Shown here in pieces: positions 38,612 to 47,048 of a stretch of DNA of 64,000 nucleotides; the first letter of the stretch is position 1; each line of letters opens with the position of its first letter. The DNA is from an uncultured Chloroflexia bacterium (GTDB lineage: Bacteria > Chloroflexota > Limnocylindria > QHBO01): positions 313,082 through 377,081 of the forward strand of contig CAWJZO010000002.1 in NCBI GenBank assembly GCA_963847375.1, written 5' to 3'. The position numbers and the translations under genes are program-made. The notes under the pieces are model-generated. The model ran no database searches. It worked only from the letters and a program-made list of their open reading frames with translations, and was not told where the DNA came from.

Positions 38612-39393
38612 TCGGAATCGGCCGCACTCGGGTGCCGCTGCGCGCCTTCTACGTCGCGATGCTCCTGCTGCTCTACCTGCCGATCGGCCTGCTGTTCGTC
38701 TTCTCGTTCAACGCCGCCACGACTCTGTCCTTCCCGCTCACCGGCTTCACCACGGACTGGTACGCGTCCGTGGTGGGCAATGGTCCGATGCTCGCCGCGG
38801 CGCGGAACTCGCTCCTGGTCGGCATCGCCAGCGCGACCGTTGCCACGGCCATCGGCGCGCTCGTCGCCCTGGCGGTCCTGCGGTTCAACTTCCGAGGCCG
38901 TGGGTTGCTGCTCGCGTTGGCCGGGCTACCGCTCCTGGTCCCGTACGTCGTGCTCGGCGTCGCTTTCTTCCTGTTGTTCGTCACGATCGATATCCCCCGC
39001 TCGCTGCTGACCGTCATCGTCGGCCACACGGTCATCGCCGTCCCATTCGCGACGCTCATCCTATTGGCACGCCTGTCCGGTCTCGACCCGGCCATGGAGG
39101 ACGCGGCGATGGACCTCGGAGCTACCTACCCGGTCGCGCTGCGCGCCGTCGTCCTGCCGCTGGTAGGCCCGACCCTCCTCGCGGCGTGGCTGACGTGCTT
39201 CATCGTCAGCTTCGACGAGATCGCGCTGGCGATCTTCCTCGTCGGCGGCGACCCAACGTTCCCTGTCTTCCTGTACGGGCAGCTGCGCTTCGCGCAACGG
39301 CTGCCGGTGCTCATCGCGGGGGCGGTGCTGCTGATGGTGGGAACGATCGCGCTGACGCTGGTCATCACCCGCCTTCGCGGCCGAGAGCACTGA
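38608..39393 (+). CDS. Polyamine ABC permease (PotC-like)
   Basis: LYLPI..SFN, GFTTDWY, EDAAMDLGA, SFDE. Confidence 0.88.
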   Translation: MIGIGRTRVPLRAFYVAMLLLLYLPIGLLFVFSFNAATTLSFPLTGFTTDWYASVVGNGPMLAAARNSLLVGIASATVATAIGALVALAVLRFNFRGRGLLLALAGLPLLVPYVVLGVAFFLLFVTIDIPRSLLTVIVGHTVIAVPFATLILLARLSGLDPAMEDAAMDLGATYPVALRAVVLPLVGPTLLAAWLTCFIVSFDEIALAIFLVGGDPTFPVFLYGQLRFAQRLPVLIAGAVLLMVGTIALTLVITRLRGREH

Positions 39394-39435
39394 GCCAAGC
39401 CCGCGGCGGGCCTATCGGGGTCTGCGCTGCAGTCA

Positions 39436-39564
39436 TGCCAGCCTGGTTGGCCTTACGACCGATGACCGACTGGGAAGGCCCGTTCCTCGGTCGCTCAGCA
39501 ACGCTCGTTGGCAGGACGACCGACGAAATGTGCCTTATCGGTCACTAGGCCAACGTCATTGGCA
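39436..39564. repeat. ~128-bp palindromic element family E, left copy
   Basis: 28-bp imperfect terminal inverted repeats (tgcca..gttggcct..gaccgat / atcggtc..aggccaac..tggca) and nested GACCGA/TCGGTC pairs. Confidence 0.78.
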
Positions 39565-39571
39565 CCACCTC

Positions 39572-40162
39572 TCAACGGGCGTAGTCATGAGCGGCGTCGA
39601 GCTTGCCGAGCTCGTTGATGTTCCGCAGGCGCCAGCCCAGGATGATCAGGAACACACCGATGGCGATTGCCGCGGATCCGATGAGCCACACGAGCCCGAG
39701 GGCGCCCGCTGCCGGAAACACGAGCAGGATCACGCCGAACAGGATCGAGGCGACGCCGGCGAGGCCGAGCCAGAACTCACCACTGATCTCCGCGCGCAGC
39801 CGGATGGCGCTCCAGATCTGCAAGACGCCAGTGACGATCGCCCACGCCGCGATGAGGATCACCAGGATCTCGGCGGCGAAGCCGGGCAGGACCAGCGCGA
39901 TCAGACCGGCGAGGATGGAGACGACGCCCTCGACGATCTCGAGCCACCAGTTCCGATCCACTCGGCGAGATCGGAACCCGGTCCACACGCTCGTCGCGCC
40001 GTCGATCAGCGCCCAGGCGCCGAACAGCGCGACGAGGATCGCGAGGCCCCACGCGGGTGCGATGAACGCGAGCATGCCGAACGCGATCGCGAGCACCCCG
40101 CGCAGGATGAACGTCCACCACCAGCGCGCGACGGCGACGGTCTTCGAGACGCTGAAAGCCAT
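39572..40162 (-). CDS. hdeD: HdeD/DUF308 family membrane protein
   Basis: WWTFILRGVLAIAFG, LFGAWALIDG, IAAWAIVTG; RBS GGAGG. Confidence 0.82.
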   Translation of the reverse strand: MAFSVSKTVAVARWWWTFILRGVLAIAFGMLAFIAPAWGLAILVALFGAWALIDGATSVWTGFRSRRVDRNWWLEIVEGVVSILAGLIALVLPGFAAEILVILIAAWAIVTGVLQIWSAIRLRAEISGEFWLGLAGVASILFGVILLVFPAAGALGLVWLIGSAAIAIGVFLIILGWRLRNINELGKLDAAHDYAR

Positions 40163-40182
40163 CTGCCTCCTCTGCGGACGGA

Positions 40183-40310
40183 TGCCAACCACATTTGCCT
40201 AATGACCGACGGACCGATGGAAATCGGCCTTCCTCGGTCAATCGGCTATCTGGATTGGCGTGAAGACCGAGGACACGGCCCGCGCCGGTCCATAGGCCAA
40301 TCTGGCTGGC
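40183..40310. repeat. ~128-bp palindromic element family E, right copy (direct orientation)
   Basis: tgccaaccacatttgcctaatgaccgacggaccga...ccggtccataggccaatctggctggc aligns colinearly with 39436-39564. Confidence 0.78.
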
Positions 40311-40323
40311 CTTTTCCTGGATG

Positions 40324-40548
40324 TCAGGCGGCGCGGCCGGCTTGGGGATGGGTCGCTGCGACGGCCTCGAGCAGGCGCTTCGACGCGGCGGCCACATCGG
40401 CGACGGCCTCGTCGAAGGCGTGCTCGTTGGCGGCCGATGGCTTGCGGTAGCCGCTCACCTTGCGCACGAATTGCAGGGCGGCGGCGCTGATCTCGTCATC
40501 GCTGGCCGGGACCGCCCCCGTGCGCAGCGTCTTGATGCTTCGGCACAT
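40324..40548 (-). CDS. DUF2277 family small protein
   Basis: MCRSIKTLR, EISAAALQFVRKVSG. Confidence 0.85.
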   Translation of the reverse strand: MCRSIKTLRTGAVPASDDEISAAALQFVRKVSGYRKPSAANEHAFDEAVADVAAASKRLLEAVAATHPQAGRAA

Positions 40549-40586
40549 GCACGGAGGATAGCCTTCCCGAGCCCGACCCGCGACTT

Positions 40587-41231
40587 TCAGCTGGTGAGGA
40601 GCTCCTCGAGCGAGGCGACGACTCGATCCGCGGCGGAGACATCGGTCTCGGCGAATTGCGGGACGCCGATGACGGTCAGGCCGGCGGCCTTGGCAGCGGT
40701 CACTCCCGACAGGGAATCCTCGAGGGCAATGGCGTCGGCCGGCGGGACGCCGAGCCGCTCGCAGGCGAGCCGGTAGATATCCGGAGCCGGCTTGGCGTGG
40801 GCGACGTCGTCGGAGGTGACGATCACCTCGAAGGCATCGGTCAGGCCGGCGGTCCGCAGGGCGTCGTCGACGAGGACACGCGGCGAGTTCGAGGCGAGGC
40901 CCAGGCGGACATCCGTCTGGCGCAGGCGCTCGACGAGCTCCACCGCGCCGGGTCGTGCCTCGACGGCCTCGCGTACGCGCTCGTGCATGCCGGCGACCAT
41001 CTCCTCGACGAGCGCCGGGCCCTCAGAGCGCGGGCGGTTCAGCCGATCGGCGAAGTAGTCGGCGGTGAAGTCGTAGCTCGTGCCGATGACCGCCATCTTG
41101 TCGTCCCAGGTGAACTCGCCACCGTGGCGCGCGAAGAGCTCGACCTCCGCTTCATGCCAGAGCGTTTCGGTATCGAGCAGCAGGCCGTCCATGTCGAAGA
41201 TGACGGCCCGATAGCGTCCGCTCAGCGGCAT
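40587..41231 (-). CDS. HAD-family phosphatase (beta-PGM/CbbY-like)
   Basis: FDMDGLLLDTE, ASNS, KPAPDIY, LEDS..G..AAKAAG. Confidence 0.9.
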   Translation of the reverse strand: MPLSGRYRAVIFDMDGLLLDTETLWHEAEVELFARHGGEFTWDDKMAVIGTSYDFTADYFADRLNRPRSEGPALVEEMVAGMHERVREAVEARPGAVELVERLRQTDVRLGLASNSPRVLVDDALRTAGLTDAFEVIVTSDDVAHAKPAPDIYRLACERLGVPPADAIALEDSLSGVTAAKAAGLTVIGVPQFAETDVSAADRVVASLEELLTS

Positions 41232-41232
41232 C

Positions 41233-42441
41233 TCAGGGGTGCTGCGCGAAGAACGAGCCGCCCGACTCGGCCAGCGAACGGAGGAGTGGCACGGTCCGGT
41301 AGCGGCCGTCGGGGACAGCCGCGTTGAGCGCGTCGAGGGTATGGACGACGGGGGCCAGGCCGATGCGCTCGCCCCACGCCAACGGACCGTCCGGCCAGTT
41401 CGTGCCGAGGCGCATGGCGGTGTCGATCGCCTCAGACGTCGCCACGCCGTCCGCGACCGCCGACGCGGCTTCGTTGACGATCGCCGCCAGGATGCGGGCC
41501 TCGATCTGCGCCGGCTGAAGCCTGGCCGGGTGGGGACCATCGGCGCGACGCGTGAAGCCGGACCACACCGCGCCCCGGTCGCCATCGGCCGAGTAGTCGT
41601 AGCAGCCGCCATTCGACTTGCGCCCGAGGCGCCCGGAGTCGACGAGCGATCGCTGCAGCGGGTGGGGTCGATAGCGGGGATCGCCGAAGAACTGCTCGAA
41701 GACCGTCGTACTCACGGCGAAGTTCACGTCGGCACCGATGACGTCGATGAGCTCGAAGGGGCCCATCCGGAAGCCGATGCCGCGCATTGCGTCGTCCACT
41801 GCCTGCACGCCAGCGCCGCCCTCGCCAACGATCCGGAACGCCTCGAGGTAGTACGGGCGCGCCACGCGGTTGACGATGAAGCCCGGCGTGTCCGCCGCGA
41901 CGACCGGCGTCTTGCCGAGGCGACGGGCCAGGAGAGCGACCGCATCGGTCACCTCGGAGGAGGTGGCCGGCCCGGCGATCACCTCGACGAGCGCCATCAG
42001 CGGCACGGGATTGAAGAAGTGCATCCCGACCACCCGCTCGGGGTGCTGGGTGATCGAGCCGATGGCGGCGATGGATAACGAGCTCGTGTTCGAAGCCAGG
42101 ATGGCGCCCTCCGCGGCGGTCGCGTCGAGCCGGCGGAAGGCGTCGCGCTTCAGCGCCAGGTCCTCGGGGATGGCCTCGACGATGAGGTCGGCAGCGGAGA
42201 GCGCCTCGATGCTGTCGGCGGAACGAATGCGGGCGAGGGTGTCGGCCGCGTCGTTCGAATCGAGCTGGCCCTTCTCGACCTTGCGATCCAGGAAGCCGCC
42301 GATACGCTCGCGAGCCCGCTCGGTCGCGCCGTCGAGCGGGTCGTGAACGAGGACGCCGAGGCCTGCCTCGGCGGCGACCTGGACGATGCCCACGCCCATC
42401 GTGCCGGCGCCGAGCACGCCGACGCTGTGGATCTCGGTCAC
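41233..42441 (-). CDS. paaH: 3-hydroxyacyl-CoA dehydrogenase (PaaH-like)
   Basis: GVLGAGTMG, EAIPE, SNTSS, GMHFFNPVP, PGFIVNRVARPYYLEA, MGPFEL; partial second C-terminal domain. Confidence 0.85.
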   Translation of the reverse strand: MTEIHSVGVLGAGTMGVGIVQVAAEAGLGVLVHDPLDGATERARERIGGFLDRKVEKGQLDSNDAADTLARIRSADSIEALSAADLIVEAIPEDLALKRDAFRRLDATAAEGAILASNTSSLSIAAIGSITQHPERVVGMHFFNPVPLMALVEVIAGPATSSEVTDAVALLARRLGKTPVVAADTPGFIVNRVARPYYLEAFRIVGEGGAGVQAVDDAMRGIGFRMGPFELIDVIGADVNFAVSTTVFEQFFGDPRYRPHPLQRSLVDSGRLGRKSNGGCYDYSADGDRGAVWSGFTRRADGPHPARLQPAQIEARILAAIVNEAASAVADGVATSEAIDTAMRLGTNWPDGPLAWGERIGLAPVVHTLDALNAAVPDGRYRTVPLLRSLAESGGSFFAQHP

Positions 42442-43223
42442 CGGCCGCTGAAGCGCGGGTCGCGCTTCTCGCCGAACGCCGCGACGCCTTCGGCATGGTC
42501 GTCGGTGCGGCCGGCGATCTCCTGGAGCGCGGCCTCCGCCTGGAGGGCCTCGGCGAGCGTCGCGTTCTCGGCCGCATTGAGCAGCCGCTTCGTGAGTCCG
42601 ATCGCGGCCGTCGGGCCCCCGGCGAGCCGCTGGGCGAGCTCGTGCGCGGCGTCCGCCAGGCGGTCTGCGGGCACGACTCCGGCGACCAGCCCGAGGTCGC
42701 GGGCGTCGCCCACCCCGAGTTGGCGCTCCCCCATCAGGATCTCGAAGGCGCGGTGGCGCCCGACGGCCCGAACGAGCACGCGGGCAAGTCCCGAGTCCGG
42801 CACGAGGCCGATGTGGCTGAAGGCGGGCACGAAGCGCGCTACGTCTGACGCGACGACGACGTCGGCGGCGAATGCGAGGCTCACGCCTGCGCCGGCGGCC
42901 ACGCCGTTGACGGCGGCCACGACCGGCTTGGGCAGGCTGCGGATCGCCTCGATGAGCGGGTTGTACTCGGCGGTCAGGACGGCTCGGAACGCGCGCTCGC
43001 CGGACCCACCGCGAAGGTCAGCGCCGGCACAGAAGCCGCGGCCGGCGCCGGTGATCACGACGGCACGCGTGCCCTCGTCGCGCGCGGCGGCTTTGATCGC
43101 GGCCAGCAGCTCGCGCCGGAGCTGGCTGTTGAGCGCGTTGAGCGCATCCGGCCGGTTCAGGGTGAGGGTCGCGACGCCGTCGGCGACCTCGCTGAGCAGC
43201 GGCGATGCGGGCTCGTCAGGCAC
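42438..43223 (-). CDS. paaG: Enoyl-CoA hydratase/isomerase, PaaG-like
   Basis: GRGFCAGADL, YNPLI, AAGAGVSLA, IGLVPDSG, DHAEGVAAF. Confidence 0.75.
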   Translation of the reverse strand: MPDEPASPLLSEVADGVATLTLNRPDALNALNSQLRRELLAAIKAAARDEGTRAVVITGAGRGFCAGADLRGGSGERAFRAVLTAEYNPLIEAIRSLPKPVVAAVNGVAAGAGVSLAFAADVVVASDVARFVPAFSHIGLVPDSGLARVLVRAVGRHRAFEILMGERQLGVGDARDLGLVAGVVPADRLADAAHELAQRLAGGPTAAIGLTKRLLNAAENATLAEALQAEAALQEIAGRTDDHAEGVAAFGEKRDPRFSGR

Positions 43224-43252
43224 GCGGCCGATTGTAGCCGTGGCTCGACACG

Positions 43253-43280
43253 AAAACGCCCGGCGCCGAAGCGCCGGGCG
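43253..43280 (-). terminator. Intrinsic terminator with UUCG tetraloop
   Basis: Minus strand CGCCCGGCGC-TTCG-GCGCCGGGCG-TTTT, downstream of 43302..43577. Confidence 0.8.
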
Positions 43281-43301
43281 GATCGGTCTGGATTGGGCTG
43301 G

Positions 43302-43577
43302 TCAGACCGCGGATCCACCGCGGCGTCGAGCCACCATGTTCCACAGGAACACGACGATGATCGCGCCCACGATGGCCGCGATGAGGGTGGGAATGTTGAT
43401 TCCGCTCGTCCAATCGGTGTTGTTCGTCACAAGGCCGAACAAGAATCCGCCGAGCAGGGCGCCGACGATGCCGGCGACCAGGCCGCCGATGACGCCATAG
43501 CCCTCGTCACCGGGGACGACTCGGCTCGCAATGAAGCCGGCGATGGCGCCGACGACCAACCACGCAAGAATGCTCAT
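43302..43577 (-). CDS. GlsB/YeaQ/YmgE (transglycosylase-associated) membrane protein
   Basis: ILAWLVVGAIAGFIA, GIVGALLGG, AIVGAII; RBS AAGGAGG. Confidence 0.88.
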   Translation of the reverse strand: MSILAWLVVGAIAGFIASRVVPGDEGYGVIGGLVAGIVGALLGGFLFGLVTNNTDWTSGINIPTLIAAIVGAIIVVFLWNMVARRRGGSAV

Positions 43578-43662
43578 GGATACCTCCTTCAAACCGCACA
43601 CGTGGCGTGCGCGGTCGCGCTGCCGTCAGGCATTGCAGATTGCGTACCGATCGGCGCGCCGC

Positions 43663-44625
43663 TCAGCGAGCGAGCGTGTAGAAGCTGCCGACGTCGGCCA
43701 TGCCGGCCGTCTCGTAGAGCCGGTGCGCCACCGCCCGATGGTGGCCGCTCTCGAGGGCTGCGGCGTAGGCGCCCCGCCGGATGGCCTCGGCGAATGCGGC
43801 GTCGAGCAGCGCGGCGCCGATGTCGCGGCCGCGCGCGGCCTCCGTAACGATCAGGTCCGGGATCCAGGCCTGCGGCTGGAGCGTGAAGAACGGCTGACGG
43901 AACTCGAGACTGACGAAGCCCACCGGCATGCCGTTGAGCAGCGCCAGCATCGAACCGGTGTTGGTGCGGCCGACGTGCTGGGCATAGGTCCGGCGCAGCG
44001 CTGGCAGCTTCTCCTCGGTCGGCGCGGGGCGGCCTAGCTCGGCGAGGAGCCGGGTGGTGGAGTCGAAGTCGTCGTCGGAATCGGCGATGAACCTGATCTC
44101 GATGCCGGCGACCGGGGCCAGGCCGCGCGTCCGGATCGGTCCGATCTCGAAGTACCTTCCCTGGCTGACGAACCCGGCCGCCTCGTAGAGTCCGCGGGCC
44201 GCGGTGCGCTCGTGACCGACCTCCAGCTCGAGCGTGTGGCCGCCACGCAGCCGCCACTCGGCAACGGCGGCGCCGAGCAGCAGGCGGCCGATGCCCCGGC
44301 CACGAAAACGCTCGCGGACGAAGATGTCGCTGAGCCAGCCCTCGAAGGTGGCGTGGTTCAGCCGTCGCCGGAACCGGTGGACGATGAGGCCCGCGGGGGT
44401 GCCCTCCGCGACCCCCAGGAACGGCGTGGCGTCGACGTCACCGACGAGCGCGTCGTAGGCAGCGCGATGCGGTGCCGGGTCGGCATCGGTGTCGAGCCCG
44501 TACAGCTCGCGCGTAAGCGCGAGCGCATCGGTGAAGTCGTCGCGACCGAGCGGCCTGAGGTCGACGCCGTCCGGGCGCGGGACGGCCAGGCCGCCGACCG
44601 GCCGATCGGGATTGCCGAGGGTCAC
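43663..44625 (-). CDS. Tandem double-GNAT acetyltransferase
   Basis: Two motif-A segments (RFRGRGIG and AARGRDIG), each followed by A..LYE.AG. Confidence 0.85.
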   Translation of the reverse strand: MTLGNPDRPVGGLAVPRPDGVDLRPLGRDDFTDALALTRELYGLDTDADPAPHRAAYDALVGDVDATPFLGVAEGTPAGLIVHRFRRRLNHATFEGWLSDIFVRERFRGRGIGRLLLGAAVAEWRLRGGHTLELEVGHERTAARGLYEAAGFVSQGRYFEIGPIRTRGLAPVAGIEIRFIADSDDDFDSTTRLLAELGRPAPTEEKLPALRRTYAQHVGRTNTGSMLALLNGMPVGFVSLEFRQPFFTLQPQAWIPDLIVTEAARGRDIGAALLDAAFAEAIRRGAYAAALESGHHRAVAHRLYETAGMADVGSFYTLAR

Positions 44626-44629
44626 GCCA

Positions 44630-45412
44630 TCAACGGCCCTTGAAATCGGGTTCGCGCTTCTCGACGAAGGCGGCCATTCCCTCCTTCTGGTCCTCGGACG
44701 CGAAGAGGAGGTAGAAGAGGCGCCGCTCGTGGGCGAGCGCGTCGGTCAGGCTCATCTCGTACGCCGCGTTGACCGCCTCCTTGGCCAGGCGCAGGGCGAG
44801 CGGCGACTTCGCTGCCATCTTCGCGGCCATCGCCAGTGCGTCCTCGACGACGAGCTCGTCCTGGGTCACGACCGCCACCAATCCCGCGTCGTGCGCTTCG
44901 CGCGCCGAGATCGGCTCACCGGTCAGGACCATCGCCATCGCCTTGGCCTTGCCGATGGCGCGGCTGAGCCGCTGGGTTCCGCCGGCACCCGGGATGACAC
45001 CGATGTTGATCTCCGGCTGCCCGAACTTCGCGCCCTCGCCGGCGACGATCGTGTCGAGCGTCATCGCCAGCTCGCAGCCGCCGCCGAGCGCCCAGCCGTT
45101 GACCGCCGCGATCACCGGCTTCGTGATGCGCCTGATGCGGTCCCATTGACCGATGCGGTTCGTGACGAGCATGTCGATCGGGCTGGCTTCGGCCATCTCG
45201 CCGATGTCGGCGCCCGCGGCGAAGGCCCGCTCGTTGCCGGTCACCACGATCGCGCGGACGTCGTCGTCGCGGTCGAGCTGGTCCAGGGCCGCGCAGAGAG
45301 CGTCCATGACCGCGCCGTTCAGCGCGTTGAGCTGCTTCGGTCGGTTGAGGCGGACGAGGGCCGTGCGCTGGTCGGGCTGGCGCTCGACGAGGACCAGGGG
45401 CTCGTCGGTCAT
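44630..45412 (-). CDS. paaF: Enoyl-CoA hydratase, PaaF-like
   Basis: AFAAGADIGEM, ALGGGCELAM, GQPEINIGVIPGAGGTQRL, EDQKEGM. Confidence 0.8.
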   Translation of the reverse strand: MTDEPLVLVERQPDQRTALVRLNRPKQLNALNGAVMDALCAALDQLDRDDDVRAIVVTGNERAFAAGADIGEMAEASPIDMLVTNRIGQWDRIRRITKPVIAAVNGWALGGGCELAMTLDTIVAGEGAKFGQPEINIGVIPGAGGTQRLSRAIGKAKAMAMVLTGEPISAREAHDAGLVAVVTQDELVVEDALAMAAKMAAKSPLALRLAKEAVNAAYEMSLTDALAHERRLFYLLFASEDQKEGMAAFVEKREPDFKGR

Positions 45413-45423
45413 GTGGGCCTCCC

Positions 45424-45472
45424 GGCGCTGTCAGCAAATATATCGGAAGTGATATAACGGCTGACAGTCGCG
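45424..45472. repeat. Palindromic element family B, copy 2
   Basis: ggcgctgtcagcaaatatatcggaagtgatataacggctgacagtcgcg; homolog of 17138-17187. Confidence 0.75.
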
Positions 45473-45494
45473 CGTCGTCGTCGTGGCAGGCGGC

Positions 45495-46451
45495 TCACGG
45501 TGCCGCCCACGGACTTGGCAGCTCCGCCGCGCACTCCCCACAGAACCGATGCGACGCCGGGAGTCCGGCCGCGCCGCAGGATGGGCACGTCCGGCCCTCC
45601 CCCGCCTCGAGCCGCCGCAGTTCGGCGAACCGCGGCGGGCGCTTCTCGTGGAAGGCGGCGACCGCCTCGCGCGTCTCGTCGGCGGTGGAGTGGACGGCCA
45701 GCCAGTCGCGTGCGTGCTGCACCGTCTGCGACCACACGAGGTCGCGCCACCAGTTGAGCTGCGTCTTCGTGTAGCGCATCGCCTCGGGCAGCTTGCGAGC
45801 GAGCGTGGCGGCGAGGTCGGCGACGACCACGTCGAGGTCGGCACGCGAGGCGAGCCGCGAAACGAGGCCCCACTCCAGCGCCTGGGCCGGAGAGACCGGC
45901 TCGCAGAGCATGATGATCTCGCGCGCGCGCCGATCGCCGACGATGATCGGCAGCCACTGGGTCGCGCCGCCGGCTGGCACCGATCCGTGCTCCGGCCCGA
46001 CATGTCGGATGTAGCCATCGTCGACGATCACGGAGAGATCGCAGGCCATCTGGAGCTCGTTGCCGCCGCCGACGCAGGCGCCGTTGATGCGCGCGATCGT
46101 CGGCTTGCCGATGTGCCGCAGCCGGTCGTGCATCTCGATGAAGGCCCCCATCCAGCGCCAATACTCGCCCGAGGTGTGGCCCATCAGCGCCTGCTCGTCG
46201 AGGTCCGCTCCGGTGCAGAAGGCTCTGTCGCCTGCGCCGGTGAGGACCACAACCGCGACCGAGTCGTCCCACGAGGCCTGCTCGAACGCGGACGAGAGCT
46301 CCTTCATCGTCGGCAGGTCGAGGGCGTTGAGCACATCGGGGCGATCGATCATGACCGTTCCCACGCCGGTATCGGTGTCGCGCTCATAGCGGATCCGGCG
46401 GTAGCCGAGGGTCGACGGGTCCGATGCGACCGGCGAGCCGGGCTCAGGCAT
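45495..46451 (-). CDS. Crotonase-family hydrolase resembling Oah/BamA or MenB-type enzymes, with C-terminal zinc ribbon
   Basis: AFCTGADL, EYWRWM, GGGNEL, VGPEHGSVPAGGATQWL, LCEP; tail CPSC-x11-CGEC. Confidence 0.72.
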   Translation of the reverse strand: MPEPGSPVASDPSTLGYRRIRYERDTDTGVGTVMIDRPDVLNALDLPTMKELSSAFEQASWDDSVAVVVLTGAGDRAFCTGADLDEQALMGHTSGEYWRWMGAFIEMHDRLRHIGKPTIARINGACVGGGNELQMACDLSVIVDDGYIRHVGPEHGSVPAGGATQWLPIIVGDRRAREIIMLCEPVSPAQALEWGLVSRLASRADLDVVVADLAATLARKLPEAMRYTKTQLNWWRDLVWSQTVQHARDWLAVHSTADETREAVAAFHEKRPPRFAELRRLEAGEGRTCPSCGAAGLPASHRFCGECAAELPSPWAAP

Positions 46452-46752
46452 CGGCCTCGTCGGGTGCGACGAACATCGTGACCCCCGCCCCCGCGAAGTT
46501 GCGAAGGTCGCGAGCGCTCTGGGCGCCCGCCTCGGAGGCGATGGCGTCATCGAGATCGGCCTCCGAGTCGAAGACCATCTCGGCCATCAGGTAGAAGGGC
46601 GCCGTGCGTCCGGCCACGCCGGCCGGCTTCGACAGGCGGACGTCGCGCAGGTTCGGATAGCGCGCCACGATCGGGGTGTGCACGTCTCGGTAGTGCGCGT
46701 CGAACGAGTCGGGATCGTCGGGTGTGCTGTAGAGGGCGATCAGGCGCGGCAT
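46444..46752 (-). CDS. ethD: EthD-family protein
   Basis: LIALYSTPDDPDSFDAHYRDVHTP, AEMVFDS, DLRNFAG. Confidence 0.85.
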   Translation of the reverse strand: MPRLIALYSTPDDPDSFDAHYRDVHTPIVARYPNLRDVRLSKPAGVAGRTAPFYLMAEMVFDSEADLDDAIASEAGAQSARDLRNFAGAGVTMFVAPDEADA

Positions 46753-46762
46753 GGGCGGCAGC

Positions 46763-47005
46763 TCAACGCTTGAAATAGTCGGCGTTGATCTGGATGTACT
46801 GCTGCTGATCGTCGGGCACGGCGTCCTCGGCGAAGATCGCGGTCACCGGGCACTCCGGTTCGCACGCTCCGCAGTCGATGCACTCGTCGGGGTCGATGAA
46901 GTACATCGCGTCGTCATCGGTGGCGTGGATGCAGTCCACGGGACAGACGTCGACGCACGAGGCATCCTTGACCCCGATGCACGGCTCAACGATGACGTAG
47001 GTCAA
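46763..47005 (-). CDS. fdxA: 7Fe ferredoxin (FdxA-type)
   Basis: TYVIVEPCIGVKDASCVDVCPVDCI, IDPDECIDCGACEPECPV. TTG start follows GGGGAG. Confidence 0.9.
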   Translation of the reverse strand: MTYVIVEPCIGVKDASCVDVCPVDCIHATDDDAMYFIDPDECIDCGACEPECPVTAIFAEDAVPDDQQQYIQINADYFKR

Positions 47006-47048
47006 CGGCGACTCCCCTTGAGCGAAGGCACCATGTGATGGGTCGAGT

